This document shows positions 42,248 through 53,186 of a stretch of DNA of 64,000 nucleotides, in pieces. The first letter of the stretch is position 1. Each line of letters starts with the position of its first letter. Both the position numbers and the translations under genes were made by a program. The stretch spans positions 128,001 through 192,000 of the forward strand of contig CAWJYV010000004.1 of the NCBI GenBank assembly GCA_963847185.1, written 5' to 3'. The notes beneath the pieces are model-generated. The model worked only from the letters and a program-made list of their open reading frames with translations. It made no database searches and was not told where the DNA came from. The stretch is from an uncultured Methanosarcinaceae archaeon (GTDB lineage Archaea; Halobacteriota; Methanosarcinia; Methanosarcinales; Methanosarcinaceae).

Positions 42248-43675
42248 TTAAACCCACACAATAGAAACGCTCTTGTCAGCAACAAGTGAAACATTGGCTA
42301 AAAGAGCAATAGGGCCACTTATTTTGTAAGTACGTCCACTTTTAAGATGAACGCTGTTAAGTTTATTCTCATTTGCATATTCAATGGCTTTATTAATTTC
42401 TACCTGATCGTCTGTGCCGTCACAGTTGAATTTGCCAGTACCATCAGTTGTAACTTCAATTTTGTCTAAAATAATAGTTTCATCAGTGACAACAATGTAG
42501 TCTTTTTTAGTTGTAGTTATACTTCCATTTTTATTCTTAATTGTAAGACTTACAGTGTAGACACCAGGGTTCTTGAATGTATGTACAGCGGTAACAGCAT
42601 GTTTACTGCAGTAGTCACCGGACGTCTCTGGCTCAAAAATCCAAAAATACCCGGTTGGATTGCCAGTTGTAGTGCTTATGAAGTTGACTGAGAGAGGAGC
42701 TTTGCCAGTTACAACACTGGACTTAAAGTCAGCTGTAAGTTCTTCTACTGGTGTGTTAGGGTCAGTCTCTACAGGTCCTTCAGGCTTTGAGTTACCTTCA
42801 GCACCATATCCGTAACCCTGCTTTACCCAATAATGCTCATCCTGTGGGTTAGCATCAAGTATGTTATCAATCATTTTTGGAGTTCCACCACGTACCCATC
42901 CGCCAGGACAGTCCCACATAACACAGTTCTGGACAGTCAGTGAACCTGAGGCATGCACATATTGTATAGCAGCGTTTCCGGTAGATCCATGCATGTTCCT
43001 TATGATACAGCGATCAATTACGTTATTGTTCTGAGAATTTTCAATTTCAATTGCACACCAGCCAGAATGAGTATTGTCGTAGATAGTACAATACTCAATA
43101 AGGCAATTAGATGCATTGTCAAGCCTTATACCTGTATTAGTCTGAACATCAATTTTGCAGTTAGAAACTTTTGAGTTTTTTGTTCCGCTAAGAAATTCTA
43201 CAAAGTCGTGCCCAACAGAGAAACTAAGACAGTCATATACTATAACGTTGTTTCCACGATGACATTTTATACCATCATTATAGAGGTATCTCTGGAAATA
43301 CAGATCATGTATCTGTACATTACTACAGTCTTTAAGCAAGATACAGTTTCTTGTTTCCCCACGTCCGCCATCACCAGTTCCAGTTGCCGTGCTTGTGAAT
43401 TTCAGGCCACAGATTTCAAAATTGCTAATTCCATTGCAATAGATCCATCCATTCGATTCTTTTCCACTTCTAACTCCACCGGTAGTTCCTCCACCTACGA
43501 GTATAGTGTTATTGTAATTTTCTCCCTGTAATAAAATACCACTTTTCATTACCAGTCGGTCAGCAAGTGCATAAGTGCCTGCATGAACATAAACTGTGTC
43601 ACCAGATTTTGCATCGTTTACTGCACTCTGAATTGTACTATATGTCTGATCAGATCCAACGTGTAATATACTCAT
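42248..43675 (-). CDS. Right-handed beta-helix (pectin-lyase-like) + PKD protein with a short C-terminal module
   Basis: YSTIQSAVN..GDTVYVHAGTY, Asn/Cys-rich coils, APLSVNF..HTFKNPGVYTVSL PKD. SD GGAGG. Confidence 0.8.
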   Translation of the reverse strand: MSILHVGSDQTYSTIQSAVNDAKSGDTVYVHAGTYALADRLVMKSGILLQGENYNNTILVGGGTTGGVRSGKESNGWIYCNGISNFEICGLKFTSTATGTGDGGRGETRNCILLKDCSNVQIHDLYFQRYLYNDGIKCHRGNNVIVYDCLSFSVGHDFVEFLSGTKNSKVSNCKIDVQTNTGIRLDNASNCLIEYCTIYDNTHSGWCAIEIENSQNNNVIDRCIIRNMHGSTGNAAIQYVHASGSLTVQNCVMWDCPGGWVRGGTPKMIDNILDANPQDEHYWVKQGYGYGAEGNSKPEGPVETDPNTPVEELTADFKSSVVTGKAPLSVNFISTTTGNPTGYFWIFEPETSGDYCSKHAVTAVHTFKNPGVYTVSLTIKNKNGSITTTKKDYIVVTDETIILDKIEVTTDGTGKFNCDGTDDQVEINKAIEYANENKLNSVHLKSGRTYKISGPIALLANVSLVADKSVSIVWV

Positions 43676-43982
43676 ATTTTATCCTCCCCATTTTATGAGT
43701 CATCAGATTTCAAAACTCAAAATTTGCTTCTTTAATAGTATTTTTTGTAGATTAACCAGGTTTTTAATCATGAAGATTTCAAAAATCTTAACGCTAATAG
43801 CAAAATGAGTCTGGACCAAGCTCTTGGTCAAGGCTTTTGACAGGCACTATTAAACTATATGAATAAATGGTATATGTAATTGCCGAATATAAGATATTTA
43901 TTAATATTAATACGTTGAATAAAAATAGTATAAGAATATTTGTCAATTCTTACAGAGATACACCATTGAATAAATTAAATAA

Positions 43983-44113
43983 GAGCTTATCCGAAAAGTG
44001 GTTACCCACTATAACTTTCACAATCTGCGATATGCAAAACAGGGACTGAGACTCTGAGATTATAGACCTATTGTAACTTTTCAACATGCATTAATGACTT
44101 TTCGGATAGGCTC
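43983..44113. mobile_element. MITE with family-A-like TIRs but a different interior
   Basis: GAGCTTATCCGAAAAGT / ACTTTTCGGATAGGCTC; 131 bp. Confidence 0.75.
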
Positions 44114-44116
44114 TAA

Positions 44117-44196
44117 TGTCGCATCAACAGCAAAATGTCGTGTAAAATCGATTGTAACTATTCAAAGCTGTCAGATTCTTGAGGATTGACGCAAGA
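44117..44196. mobile_element. MITE family D diverged copy
   Basis: Reverse homolog of 37190..37269, flanked by CTAA/CTAG. Confidence 0.6.
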
Positions 44197-44376
44197 CTAG
44201 TAATGATTTTTATGAAATCCCATTAATATTTTCACCCAACAAACTTTAACTTTATAGAAAAGAGACTTATTGAGTGGGGAATTCCAGGAAGGATGATTTA
44301 AAAATATCGATAAAGTACAAGATACTTACAAATATATAAATAGAGTGTGACCGCTAGTTTTGTATGGAGGCCATAA

Positions 44377-44511
44377 ATGGAAGATAAGCACGAAGAAGTT
44401 GAGAGGGACTACATAGAATTCAGGAAAGAAGTCGAAAAGGAAGAGCATGGAAAGGGTGAAAAACAGCGCAAAAAACCAGATAATGGAAGAGATTCGGAAA
44501 CTAACAAATGA
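44377..44511 (+). CDS. 44-aa charged small protein (possibly frameshifted)
   Basis: SD GGAGG 6 nt before ATG; MEDKHEEVERDYIEFRKE... Confidence 0.4.
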   Translation: MEDKHEEVERDYIEFRKEVEKEEHGKGEKQRKKPDNGRDSETNK

Positions 44512-44909
44512 AGGATAATACCTTTCCACATATTTCACTTTTTACGCTATTATATCAGACTATTTATAAATAAAATCTAGCAAGTTTGTAAATTTTGTTA
44601 ACTCAACAAATAGAAACGATATCATTTGAAGTCTGCTATGTGTTTGAGTTGAATCTTATTCCAAAGACTATGCTACTCTTTTGAAAACAGCTATCGGGGA
44701 ACCGTATAGTTGAAAACAAATCTTTTACTTTCGACAACCTTACATGTGAAAAAATTATCAGACAGACATGCTATATATTGATATTTTTATCCAATACATG
44801 TATATATATAACATGAGCTTCATATATAGGATTATTACAAAATATAATGTTTTAGTATTTTCTGTTTTTTGAGAGATTAAACTACTGAAAAATGACATAA
44901 GGAGTATTT

Positions 44910-45098
44910 ATGGAGTTTATGGATTCTTCGATAACATTTAGGCAAAAAAATTTAGTAATAAAGTCTCTTAATTATATCGAGAGGCATAAAAAAATTAATC
45001 AGTGTTGCAAAGAATATTGCAAAAAGAACTGGACTGACCTGTCCTTTGATGAAGCAAGTAACTTAATCAGGATGCTTGACAAGATGGCTTGGCGGTAA
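44910..45098 (+). CDS. Small hypothetical protein
   Basis: SD AAGGAG, 62 aa. Confidence 0.55.
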   Translation: MEFMDSSITFRQKNLVIKSLNYIERHKKINQCCKEYCKKNWTDLSFDEASNLIRMLDKMAWR

Positions 45099-46949
45099 TT
45101 ATTCTTAGCTTCTATGGTTTAACCTTGAGGTTAAAACATCCTACAAATTATTCTAAACGCCTACAATGAATTTTGTTATGGTCTTGGTATAATTTTGTAT
45201 TCCCTTTTCTTGGAATCATTTAGATCCAATTCCAAGGAGACTTTTATTATTTTCTGTTTTTATTGATTGTAGTCAATTGCTAGCGGAATCAATGTCCGGA
45301 TAGGAAAAAACTATACCCACCAAAATGACCTCGAATATTGGCTCTGTATTCCTCTAAGCCAGGATTTTTGTTGAGTCAGGAGTATAATGATTACCTTTGG
45401 ACTTTTTACCCTTAAAAGAAGACCTATTGTCTATGTTTTCATCCATTCTGGGCTTCATCTCAGGTCTAAACTGCCCCAAAAAAAGGCAACTATTTTTAGG
45501 CCAAAGAAAAATCAACATTCTCGAATTTAGTCCTTGCTTATTCCGTGACTTACATGAACGTGCGTAAATTCCCTTATTATTATATAGGAGCGCCGTCCGA
45601 CTCTTCCTCTTTTACTTATTTCAAAATTATATTTTCAATTTCAGTTCCCAACTTTCTCTGTCTTCTTTATGAATTCCTTCAAAAATTCGTATTTTTGTAA
45701 ATAGAAAGTAAAGAAGCTGTTTTAACTATATGCAGAGGCTTTTACTCTTTTCTACTTCGTTCATGCCGAAGTTTACCCCGGGGAAAAGTAAGGCAGTTTA
45801 TCTAATTTCATGGCAATTAACTGGTTGAGCAAGATGTCAATCGATCAAATTTTAATTGGTAAGTTTTCCTTCATGACCCGCCTCTCGCAAAAAGTTTCGA
45901 GCTCTATGACCGGAAAGGGTTGCTTGTTCCGGAAGCAGAAGTAATTAAAGGTATATTTTATCTTTTTATTAGCCTATAAGCTCTTCAAGCACCCAAATTT
46001 GCCTATGTAATCTAGAAAATGGAGTTTATTTCTCTTCCGATAAGTTTTCTAAGGGATCTTACAATATTATCTGTGATAACCTTGTATCTTCAAAGGTTAT
46101 GTAAACCAGATGGCTCTTATGCACTAACCTGATTCGAGTGTTTGACGGAAAAAAGTTGGCTTGAAAGTGATCACTAAAACAAGAAGATGGGGATGTTGTA
46201 GGCCGGCTCCTTGAATTATTTTTTTATTTGGGAGTGTTAAGAGGTTGACGCAGTCGGAGAGTAGTATGGGGAAACTACTATCTTCGGGATAAAATAGACA
46301 AGTAGCTGTTTTTAATTGAGTGTAGAGGCTCTGGGAGAGTTAGAAGAAGCTAGATTTTGGCACTGACTACCCCGTTTCTTACAGCAAGGTGCGTGAGTGC
46401 AACTTTGATTCAGCTCTTTAATATGTATTTTCACCTTTTTACTTCTTTCTCGCATCCTAAGCAAATTACATCTGCCATAGTCCTAGGGTGCTTAATACAA
46501 AGTCCTCCGTATTTGCATTGAACTATTAATTTTATTCCATCATTTACCAAATTGCTTTTATCTCTCTTTCTTTTTATCATAATTTACCCTATTCTACCTC
46601 TCTAACTCGTTCTGCCAGCTTATTAAGCTGCTCCTGTCGTCTAGCAAGGTCATCTTTAAGTTACTTCATTTTCTCTTCCTGCTTTGCGGTTTTCTTATAG
46701 AAGCCATCTACAATGTCCAGGGTTATCGCTCGTAGCCAAATGGACTAATATTAATATATCCCGGACGGCTCCACATTCATCTGTTTAAGTTAGGACAATA
46801 CCTTATTTTTTTGTCTCCTGCTTCTCAAACACTTAAGAATCAACTTCATCATCCCATTTCTGGTATTGCTCAACCCTTAAACAAAAGCTACATGACAAAT
46901 GACACTTCTCCGATGAACATGGGCAGGCCAAGCACAATCCGGAAGTTTG

Positions 46950-47936
46950 TTAGGTTTTGTCATTGTATTCAAAAGTTATAATCACATTTCCCTTCTTGTG
47001 CCCTTTCTCAACATACCTGTGAGCCTCAGCGATCTGTTCCGGCGGATAGCGCCTGTCAATGACCTGTTTTATCTTTCCGGCCTCGGCTAGCTCTTTGAGG
47101 AAGAGCAGATCTTTCACCTTTTCGCTTGCCGGTCTCAGACCCGTGGCCGCAAACATTGCCTTTTTGCTGCTAAACTTCGAGGTCCATATCGCCTGCAGCA
47201 TTATTCCCGGCGAAGGGAAAGTGGTAAGATAGACCCCTTCTGGCTTTAGTGTATTTTTACATCGTGAAAATGAGCTCCTAGCCACGACGTCAAAAATGAT
47301 ATCGTAGGTCTGGCTGCTTCTGGTGAAATCCTCTCTGGTGTAATCTATCACCTTATCAGCACCAAGCGATCTGACCAGCTCCAGATTCGCTGTACTGCAT
47401 ACGCCGGTCACTTCCGCCCCATAGTATCTGGCAAGCTGCACCGCAAGAGTGCCTATGGACCCGGAAGCACCATTGATGAGGACTTTCTGCCTGCTCTTAA
47501 TACTTGCCTTGTCTCGAAGGAAAGGCAGTGCAGTCAGTCCGGCATAGCAGACTGCAACGGCTTCCCCATAGTCCACGTTGGCTGGTTTTATTGCCAGCGC
47601 CGCTTCCTCGGGCAGGCATTTGTACTCCGCATGAGCACCAAAAGCAGTACCGCCTGATCCGAAAACCTTGTCCCCCTTCTTGAATCCCCTTACGTTTTTG
47701 CCTGCAGCCTCAATTTCTCCGGCTATCTCGTCCCCCGGTATGAACTTCGGCTTAAGGAGGCCGGTGAATAATCTTGAAATGAAGGGGTCACCTTTTCGAA
47801 AAGCGACATCTGCCGGAGTTACAGTTGCCGCTTGAACCCTTATCAGCACTTCATTATCCTTGGGAACAGGCTTTTCAATCTCGGCCAGCCGAAGAACTTC
47901 CGGCGGACCGTATTTTGTGCATATAATTGCCTTCAT
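46950..47936 (-). CDS. NAD(P)-dependent MDR-family oxidoreductase (quinone reductase-like)
   Basis: [15 protein letters not shown] start, [20 protein letters not shown]. No catalytic Zn ligands visible. Confidence 0.9.
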   Translation of the reverse strand: MKAIICTKYGPPEVLRLAEIEKPVPKDNEVLIRVQAATVTPADVAFRKGDPFISRLFTGLLKPKFIPGDEIAGEIEAAGKNVRGFKKGDKVFGSGGTAFGAHAEYKCLPEEAALAIKPANVDYGEAVAVCYAGLTALPFLRDKASIKSRQKVLINGASGSIGTLAVQLARYYGAEVTGVCSTANLELVRSLGADKVIDYTREDFTRSSQTYDIIFDVVARSSFSRCKNTLKPEGVYLTTFPSPGIMLQAIWTSKFSSKKAMFAATGLRPASEKVKDLLFLKELAEAGKIKQVIDRRYPPEQIAEAHRYVEKGHKKGNVIITFEYNDKT

Positions 47937-48919
47937 AAATATTCTTCCTGATTTGTCAGGTTTGGTCATTTTATCTAGTAAATAGGAATTTAAGAGTATA
48001 TAACCTACTTTCGGCAGGTCGATATTACAAATCAAAATGTATCTGCCGATGCCGTTTTAGAACATTAGCTAATTATATGTCATGTTTAAAGCTAGTTAAC
48101 GTGTGTCTAAACTCCCTCGAAGCATATAAACACTGAATACTTTATTCCCCAAAGTTTAGTATGAGATTTCATGTTTGGACCATATGTAAACCTAATAACT
48201 AAACACAATTATGGAACATTATCCCAAAATCGCCATCAGTAAAAAGTATTAAAAATTAAGGTATTGTTAACTAAATATATCTAACTCTTTATTTCTGTAT
48301 TTCATTAAGAGAAGAACCGAGTACTTTAGCATTTCAAGACTCTTAGTATAACAGTTTGTCTTTCCTGAATAGTTATATCCACAATCATGGCATTTGTAGC
48401 GTTGACGTCCACCAACTATACCGTTCTTTTTGTGATTGGAACTCTTACATCTTGAGCAATTTATGCAGAAATATAGTTTCTCATAATATATAACTATATT
48501 TAATTACCAATACCAAATAAAATATTCTTAATAAAATTATATAATAATCAATGTATTCAAAACAGAAACTCTAATATCAAAGGTAATTATCGGACAGCCT
48601 GTAAAGGGCGGGGTATTTATGACCCTCTGCGCTCCCGATGTAATAAATCCTTTTTTCCGAAATAAATGCATCCCAATCAAATTTGTTGACTTATTTATTA
48701 GTATTTATATAATACTCAATATAAATAACTATCAATAACTGATTTTTAAAATTATTTTAAAGATAATATTATCAATAGTTGATAAAGAATTGACTTATGG
48801 GAAGACATTATTGGTGGCATTCTTAGAATTAAATTCATGTTAATTCTGTTGGGCAAGGGGTTATATAAATATATTTAATGCAGGTACTAGTACCTGTTTT
48901 AAAGAAATGCTGAGGAACT

Positions 48920-50605
48920 ATGACTTTTTTTAACTCTCCAGATAAAGATGAACTTGAGCTCCAGCTGCGAAAACGGATAGCTGAACTGGAGAAAGCTAAT
49001 CAAGACTTGCGTGTTGAAAATATTGCACTAAGCCGTGACATAACCAAGATGAAGCAGGTGGAAGAGGGCCTAAAGGAGAGTGAGGAACGTCTGCGCCTTT
49101 TGGGCGACAATCTGCCGGACAATGCCCTTTATCAGTATGTCTATGAGCCCGACGGTAGTGTCCGGTTTCTGTACATCAGCACGGGCATCGAACGGCTTAC
49201 CGGCGTCAGTGTCCAGGAAGTGCTGCGTGATTCCAACGAGCTATACAGGCAAGTTCCCGCTGAGTATTTAGAACGTCTCTTCGAAGCCGAGGCACACAGC
49301 GCTCGTGAGTTATCAGATTTTGAGATGGAATTGCCTATGCAACTGGCCAACGGCCAGATACGCTGGATGCGATTGCACTCCCGCCCGCGCAGAATGCCCG
49401 ACGGTCGAACAATCTGGAACGGAGTGCAAATAGATATCACTGAGCGCAAGAGAACCGAAGAAGCTCTGAAAAAAGCGCATCAAAATTTGGAAGAAAAAGT
49501 TAAAGAACGTACAGCAGAGCTTGAAGAAGCTTACAATTCATTAAAAGAAGCTAAAGAAAGTCTTGCTGAAGCTCAAAAAATGGCTCATATCGGAAATTGG
49601 TATTGGGATCTCGTAACAGATGAAGTATACTGGTCTGACGAACTTTATCATATTTTTGGACGTGATCCTGAAAAATTAGCACCATCTTACAAGGAATATT
49701 TGAATTATATACATCCCGATGATCGAGCTTACTTTGATAGCATCGTTAGGAAACCCAATAATGATAAGCCTCACAGTCTTGATCATAGGATCATTTTAGA
49801 TAATGGGGAAGAACACATAGTCAATATACAAGCTGAAGTTGTTTTTGATGAAAGAGATATACCTATTCGAGTAAAGGGAATAGTTCAGGATATTACTGAG
49901 CGTAAAAAGGCTGAAGAAGCTCTTAGAAACCTTGAAATAATCCGTAAGAAGGAAATCCACCACAGAATTAAAAATAACCTTCAAGTTATTTCCTCTCTCT
50001 TAGATCTTCAGGCTGAAAAATTCCAGAACAGACAATGTGTGGAGGATTTTGAAATTATTGAAGCCTTCAGGGAGAGTCAGGATAGAGTAATATCAATTGC
50101 CTTGATTCACGAGGAATTACATGAAGAGGAAGGAACAAACGATACCCTGAATTTTTCTCTATACTTGCAAAGACTCGTTGAAAGTCTATTTCAGACATAC
50201 AGATTTGGAAATACTGGTATCAGCCTAAATCTGAACCTTGAAGAGAATGTTTTCTTTGATATGGATACTGCAGTTCCACTAGGAATGATTGTTAATGAAC
50301 TTGTTTCTAATTCCTTAAAATATGCATTTCCAGACATGGATAAGGGAGAAATTCAAATTAAACTCTTTGGAAATAGACTAAACAACGATAAAGTGGAGTT
50401 CTCTAAAAAAATTAATAAGTACACTCTTATTGTCTCAGATAATGGGGTTGGCATTCCAGAGAATATCAATTTTGAAAATACAGAAACTCTTGGTCTGCAG
50501 CTTGTAAACATTCTCGTTGATCAATTAGATGGTGAAATCGAGCTAAAAAGGGATAAAGGTACTGAGTTTATAATAAGATTCAGCGTAGAAGAAAAAGAGA
50601 ATTGA
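48920..50605 (+). CDS. PAS/PAC sensor histidine kinase (HisKA_2 type)
   Basis: Two PAS/PAC modules (DITERK), EIHHRIKNNLQ, NELVSN, DNGVG, LGLQLV. Confidence 0.92.
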   Translation: MTFFNSPDKDELELQLRKRIAELEKANQDLRVENIALSRDITKMKQVEEGLKESEERLRLLGDNLPDNALYQYVYEPDGSVRFLYISTGIERLTGVSVQEVLRDSNELYRQVPAEYLERLFEAEAHSARELSDFEMELPMQLANGQIRWMRLHSRPRRMPDGRTIWNGVQIDITERKRTEEALKKAHQNLEEKVKERTAELEEAYNSLKEAKESLAEAQKMAHIGNWYWDLVTDEVYWSDELYHIFGRDPEKLAPSYKEYLNYIHPDDRAYFDSIVRKPNNDKPHSLDHRIILDNGEEHIVNIQAEVVFDERDIPIRVKGIVQDITERKKAEEALRNLEIIRKKEIHHRIKNNLQVISSLLDLQAEKFQNRQCVEDFEIIEAFRESQDRVISIALIHEELHEEEGTNDTLNFSLYLQRLVESLFQTYRFGNTGISLNLNLEENVFFDMDTAVPLGMIVNELVSNSLKYAFPDMDKGEIQIKLFGNRLNNDKVEFSKKINKYTLIVSDNGVGIPENINFENTETLGLQLVNILVDQLDGEIELKRDKGTEFIIRFSVEEKEN

Positions 50606-51397
50606 TGAAAATCAGCTTAGAAGTAGATGGTAGAGTTTTGAGTCCCTATTCTCAAATCCCTACCTGCGATCCAACCCAAAGATTAAGAGGAAACCCTATT
50701 GCTCTTAATCTGGACATTTATAATGGCAGAATTATATATCATATTCGTCGTGAAAGATTTGATCTAACTTAAAATTTCAATATAATAAAAAAACTATATT
50801 ATTTTAAAAATTTTAATGACATTGAAATAAAATGATTAAAACTATCTTTCAATTAAATACAATTTTTGATATAATTTATTTTAAATAATTTATCTTATTA
50901 GTATATGCTGGAGTTGGGGAACAGCTGGGGTATCATCTATCCATAAACGAATCGCCTGGAGTCGCTGATCTTCTTCGAACAAATGTGTTTGGGGGAACGC
51001 AAATTCGAAGAGACTGTATTGGGGGATACAGTAAACAGCGCCTCTGGGCTTCTTCTTGTGTAACTCTTTTTGGTGCCTTTCTACTATATCTTTCTTAATG
51101 TTTTCAATCTTGGTTTGGACAAGTTACCCTATTTCATCAAATTTTTTTCACATCTATCCATGGACGTATGTTCCATATACCTTTTCCACGCACATATGCT
51201 TAGAAGCCACGAACATATCCAGGGCTATCGCTCGTAGCCAAATGGACCAAATATATCCCCGAGGGTCTCATAACGCAATTAGCCAGAGAAGAAATGATCC
51301 ATTCTTTTTACTCTCCCTATCACACTAGAATACAGGACAAAAAAACAAATACAAGCAAAATAATATAACTAATATATTTTAAATCGAGGTTATGAGC

Positions 51398-51541
51398 ATG
51401 GATCAGGAATGCGAAACTGAATTTAAGAAGATTAGGGATGAAATCGAGAGTTTAAAGAAAGAGATTGAAAATTTGAAGAAGGGGAGAATGAATGAAAAAG
51501 AAGATCTTGGGGACCTATTTGATGCATCAGAGGTAGATTAA
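51398..51541 (+). CDS. 47-aa acidic coiled-coil small protein
   Basis: SD GAGGT; MDQECETEFKKIRDEIESLKKEIENLKKG... Confidence 0.45.
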   Translation: MDQECETEFKKIRDEIESLKKEIENLKKGRMNEKEDLGDLFDASEVD

Positions 51542-52387
51542 GGAACAGATCATATCCGCCTGGAAGCCGTATAAAATATCCGGATCTATTGCTCGTAGCC
51601 AGATGGACAAATATTTTCCTGACAGCTTCACAGCATAATTAAAACAAGTAAAATGAATACTTCCTGTTTTCTTTGCTACTTTTAGAGCCTTCTGACTATG
51701 TTTCCCAGACATCCAGACATGGAACATCGGCATTAAGATTCAGGCTCTGGGATAATTATCGAAAGCTGGGGAGATGTATCCATCACAAGGGCGTTATTTG
51801 TATTTTTTACTATGTTTCGTATGGAAGGGATAGAAGGGATTTGAATCAAACTTAATGTATAAGGTGAAAAAAAATATTTTTTTTAATTTTTTGTATTATA
51901 CGTATAATTATTGCTTCAAATCTCTTCCATTACCATCATAAAAGTCCCGTAAAGTTTCACAATAATATTAAAAAAGTAACATGATTATTCTATGTAGACA
52001 CTTTTTTGTAAAGCCAGAAGACTATGTTTCCTCGACGTCCCAGATCTGGGACGTCTAAAGATTTCCACGATAATTGTGGAAAGGTGGCACCGTTTAATAG
52101 CCTGTGAAACATTGCACGGTTTTCAGGAGAAGAGAGTAAGGTGGCTGTTTTTAATTGAGTGTAGAGGCTCTGGGTGGGTTGAAAATAGTATCAAGATGGC
52201 TTCTTAGTATGCACCATATTATTATAGAACAATTTTATAAATATTGAGTGAAGAATTAATTTGTAATTCGGCATTATTGGGATCTGTTTAGTATCATATT
52301 AAGGTCAAATCTATTAGACAATAGTATCAGACAAATGAGGATCTAACAAAAGTGTTATGCCCTGTTTTAAAGCAGGGTTGGGGAATT

Positions 52388-52597
52388 ATGACTTTTTTTA
52401 ACTCTTCGGATAAGGATGAAATAGAGATCCAGTTGCGAAAAAGGATCTGTAAACTGGAAAAGGCTAATCAAGACTTGCATACTGAGAATATGGTACTAAA
52501 TCAGGAGATCACCAAGCGCAAACAAGCTGAAGAAGCACTGAGGGGAAGTGAAAAACGTTTTTATTATAATACTCTTTTCTGTAGAAAAACTCTCTAA
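52388..52597 (+). pseudogene. N-terminal remnant of a kinase paralogous to 48920
   Basis: MTFFNSSDKDEIEIQLRKRI..LEKANQDL matches the 48920 N-terminus, then homology stops. Confidence 0.75.
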
Positions 52598-52973
52598 TAA
52601 GCTATAATAGGCTGAAATGAATCCTCAAAAACATATCATTTTCATTCAGTTCAAATTAATGGAGACTTCTCATCTCAGAGGGCTTCTAAAGAGCTGCAGT
52701 GAATCAATATTATAAATCCAATATTGGCAGAGTATAAGCAAGAAAAGAGCCTTGAATTTAAAAAACTTCAACCCCTTCAGCATAGTACAGATTCTCGAAG
52801 GTATTTTATACTGTAAGACTATTATAATATTTGGGGTTTTTACTCACATGCCGATTTGAGTCAGACATATGCGTTGCTCATTTTTCGTAAGCGTCTGGCA
52901 ACATACTCCCGGAGTAAGCCACAACAAATATGATTAGTCCTAATGGACATCTAAAGGAATATAATGTGATAAA

Positions 52974-53081
52974 ATGACTGAAAAGAAAGAACGATCTATC
53001 TACGGTGTGCACTTTGGGGGCGATGTGGAATTTGAAAGAGCTTTAGCAATTATGCTTGAAGACCTTGAAGAAGAAGACTAA
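52974..53081 (+). CDS. 35-aa small acidic protein MTEKKERSIYGVHFGGDVEFERALAIMLEDLEEED
   Basis: GTGAT SD-like site, protein-like composition, hairpin TGCCCGAGAGGGCA just after the stop. Confidence 0.4.
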   Translation: MTEKKERSIYGVHFGGDVEFERALAIMLEDLEEED

Positions 53082-53186
53082 TGCCCGAGAGGGCACACTC
53101 TTTATTCATTTAAACAAATTTATAATCAGATCTAAAAATAAATTATGTAATAAAGATATAAGTTATAGCAACCAATTTATGGTTTA

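Noticed and set aside
45280-46300. Possible replication or primase gene remnant
   Set aside because: Coding-like patches, but no motif I could identify.
10800-51200. Pyrrolysine readthrough at in-frame TAG codons of broken ORFs
   Set aside because: The TAGs seen (e.g. near 10806) come with frameshifts and decay, and there is no methylamine methyltransferase context.
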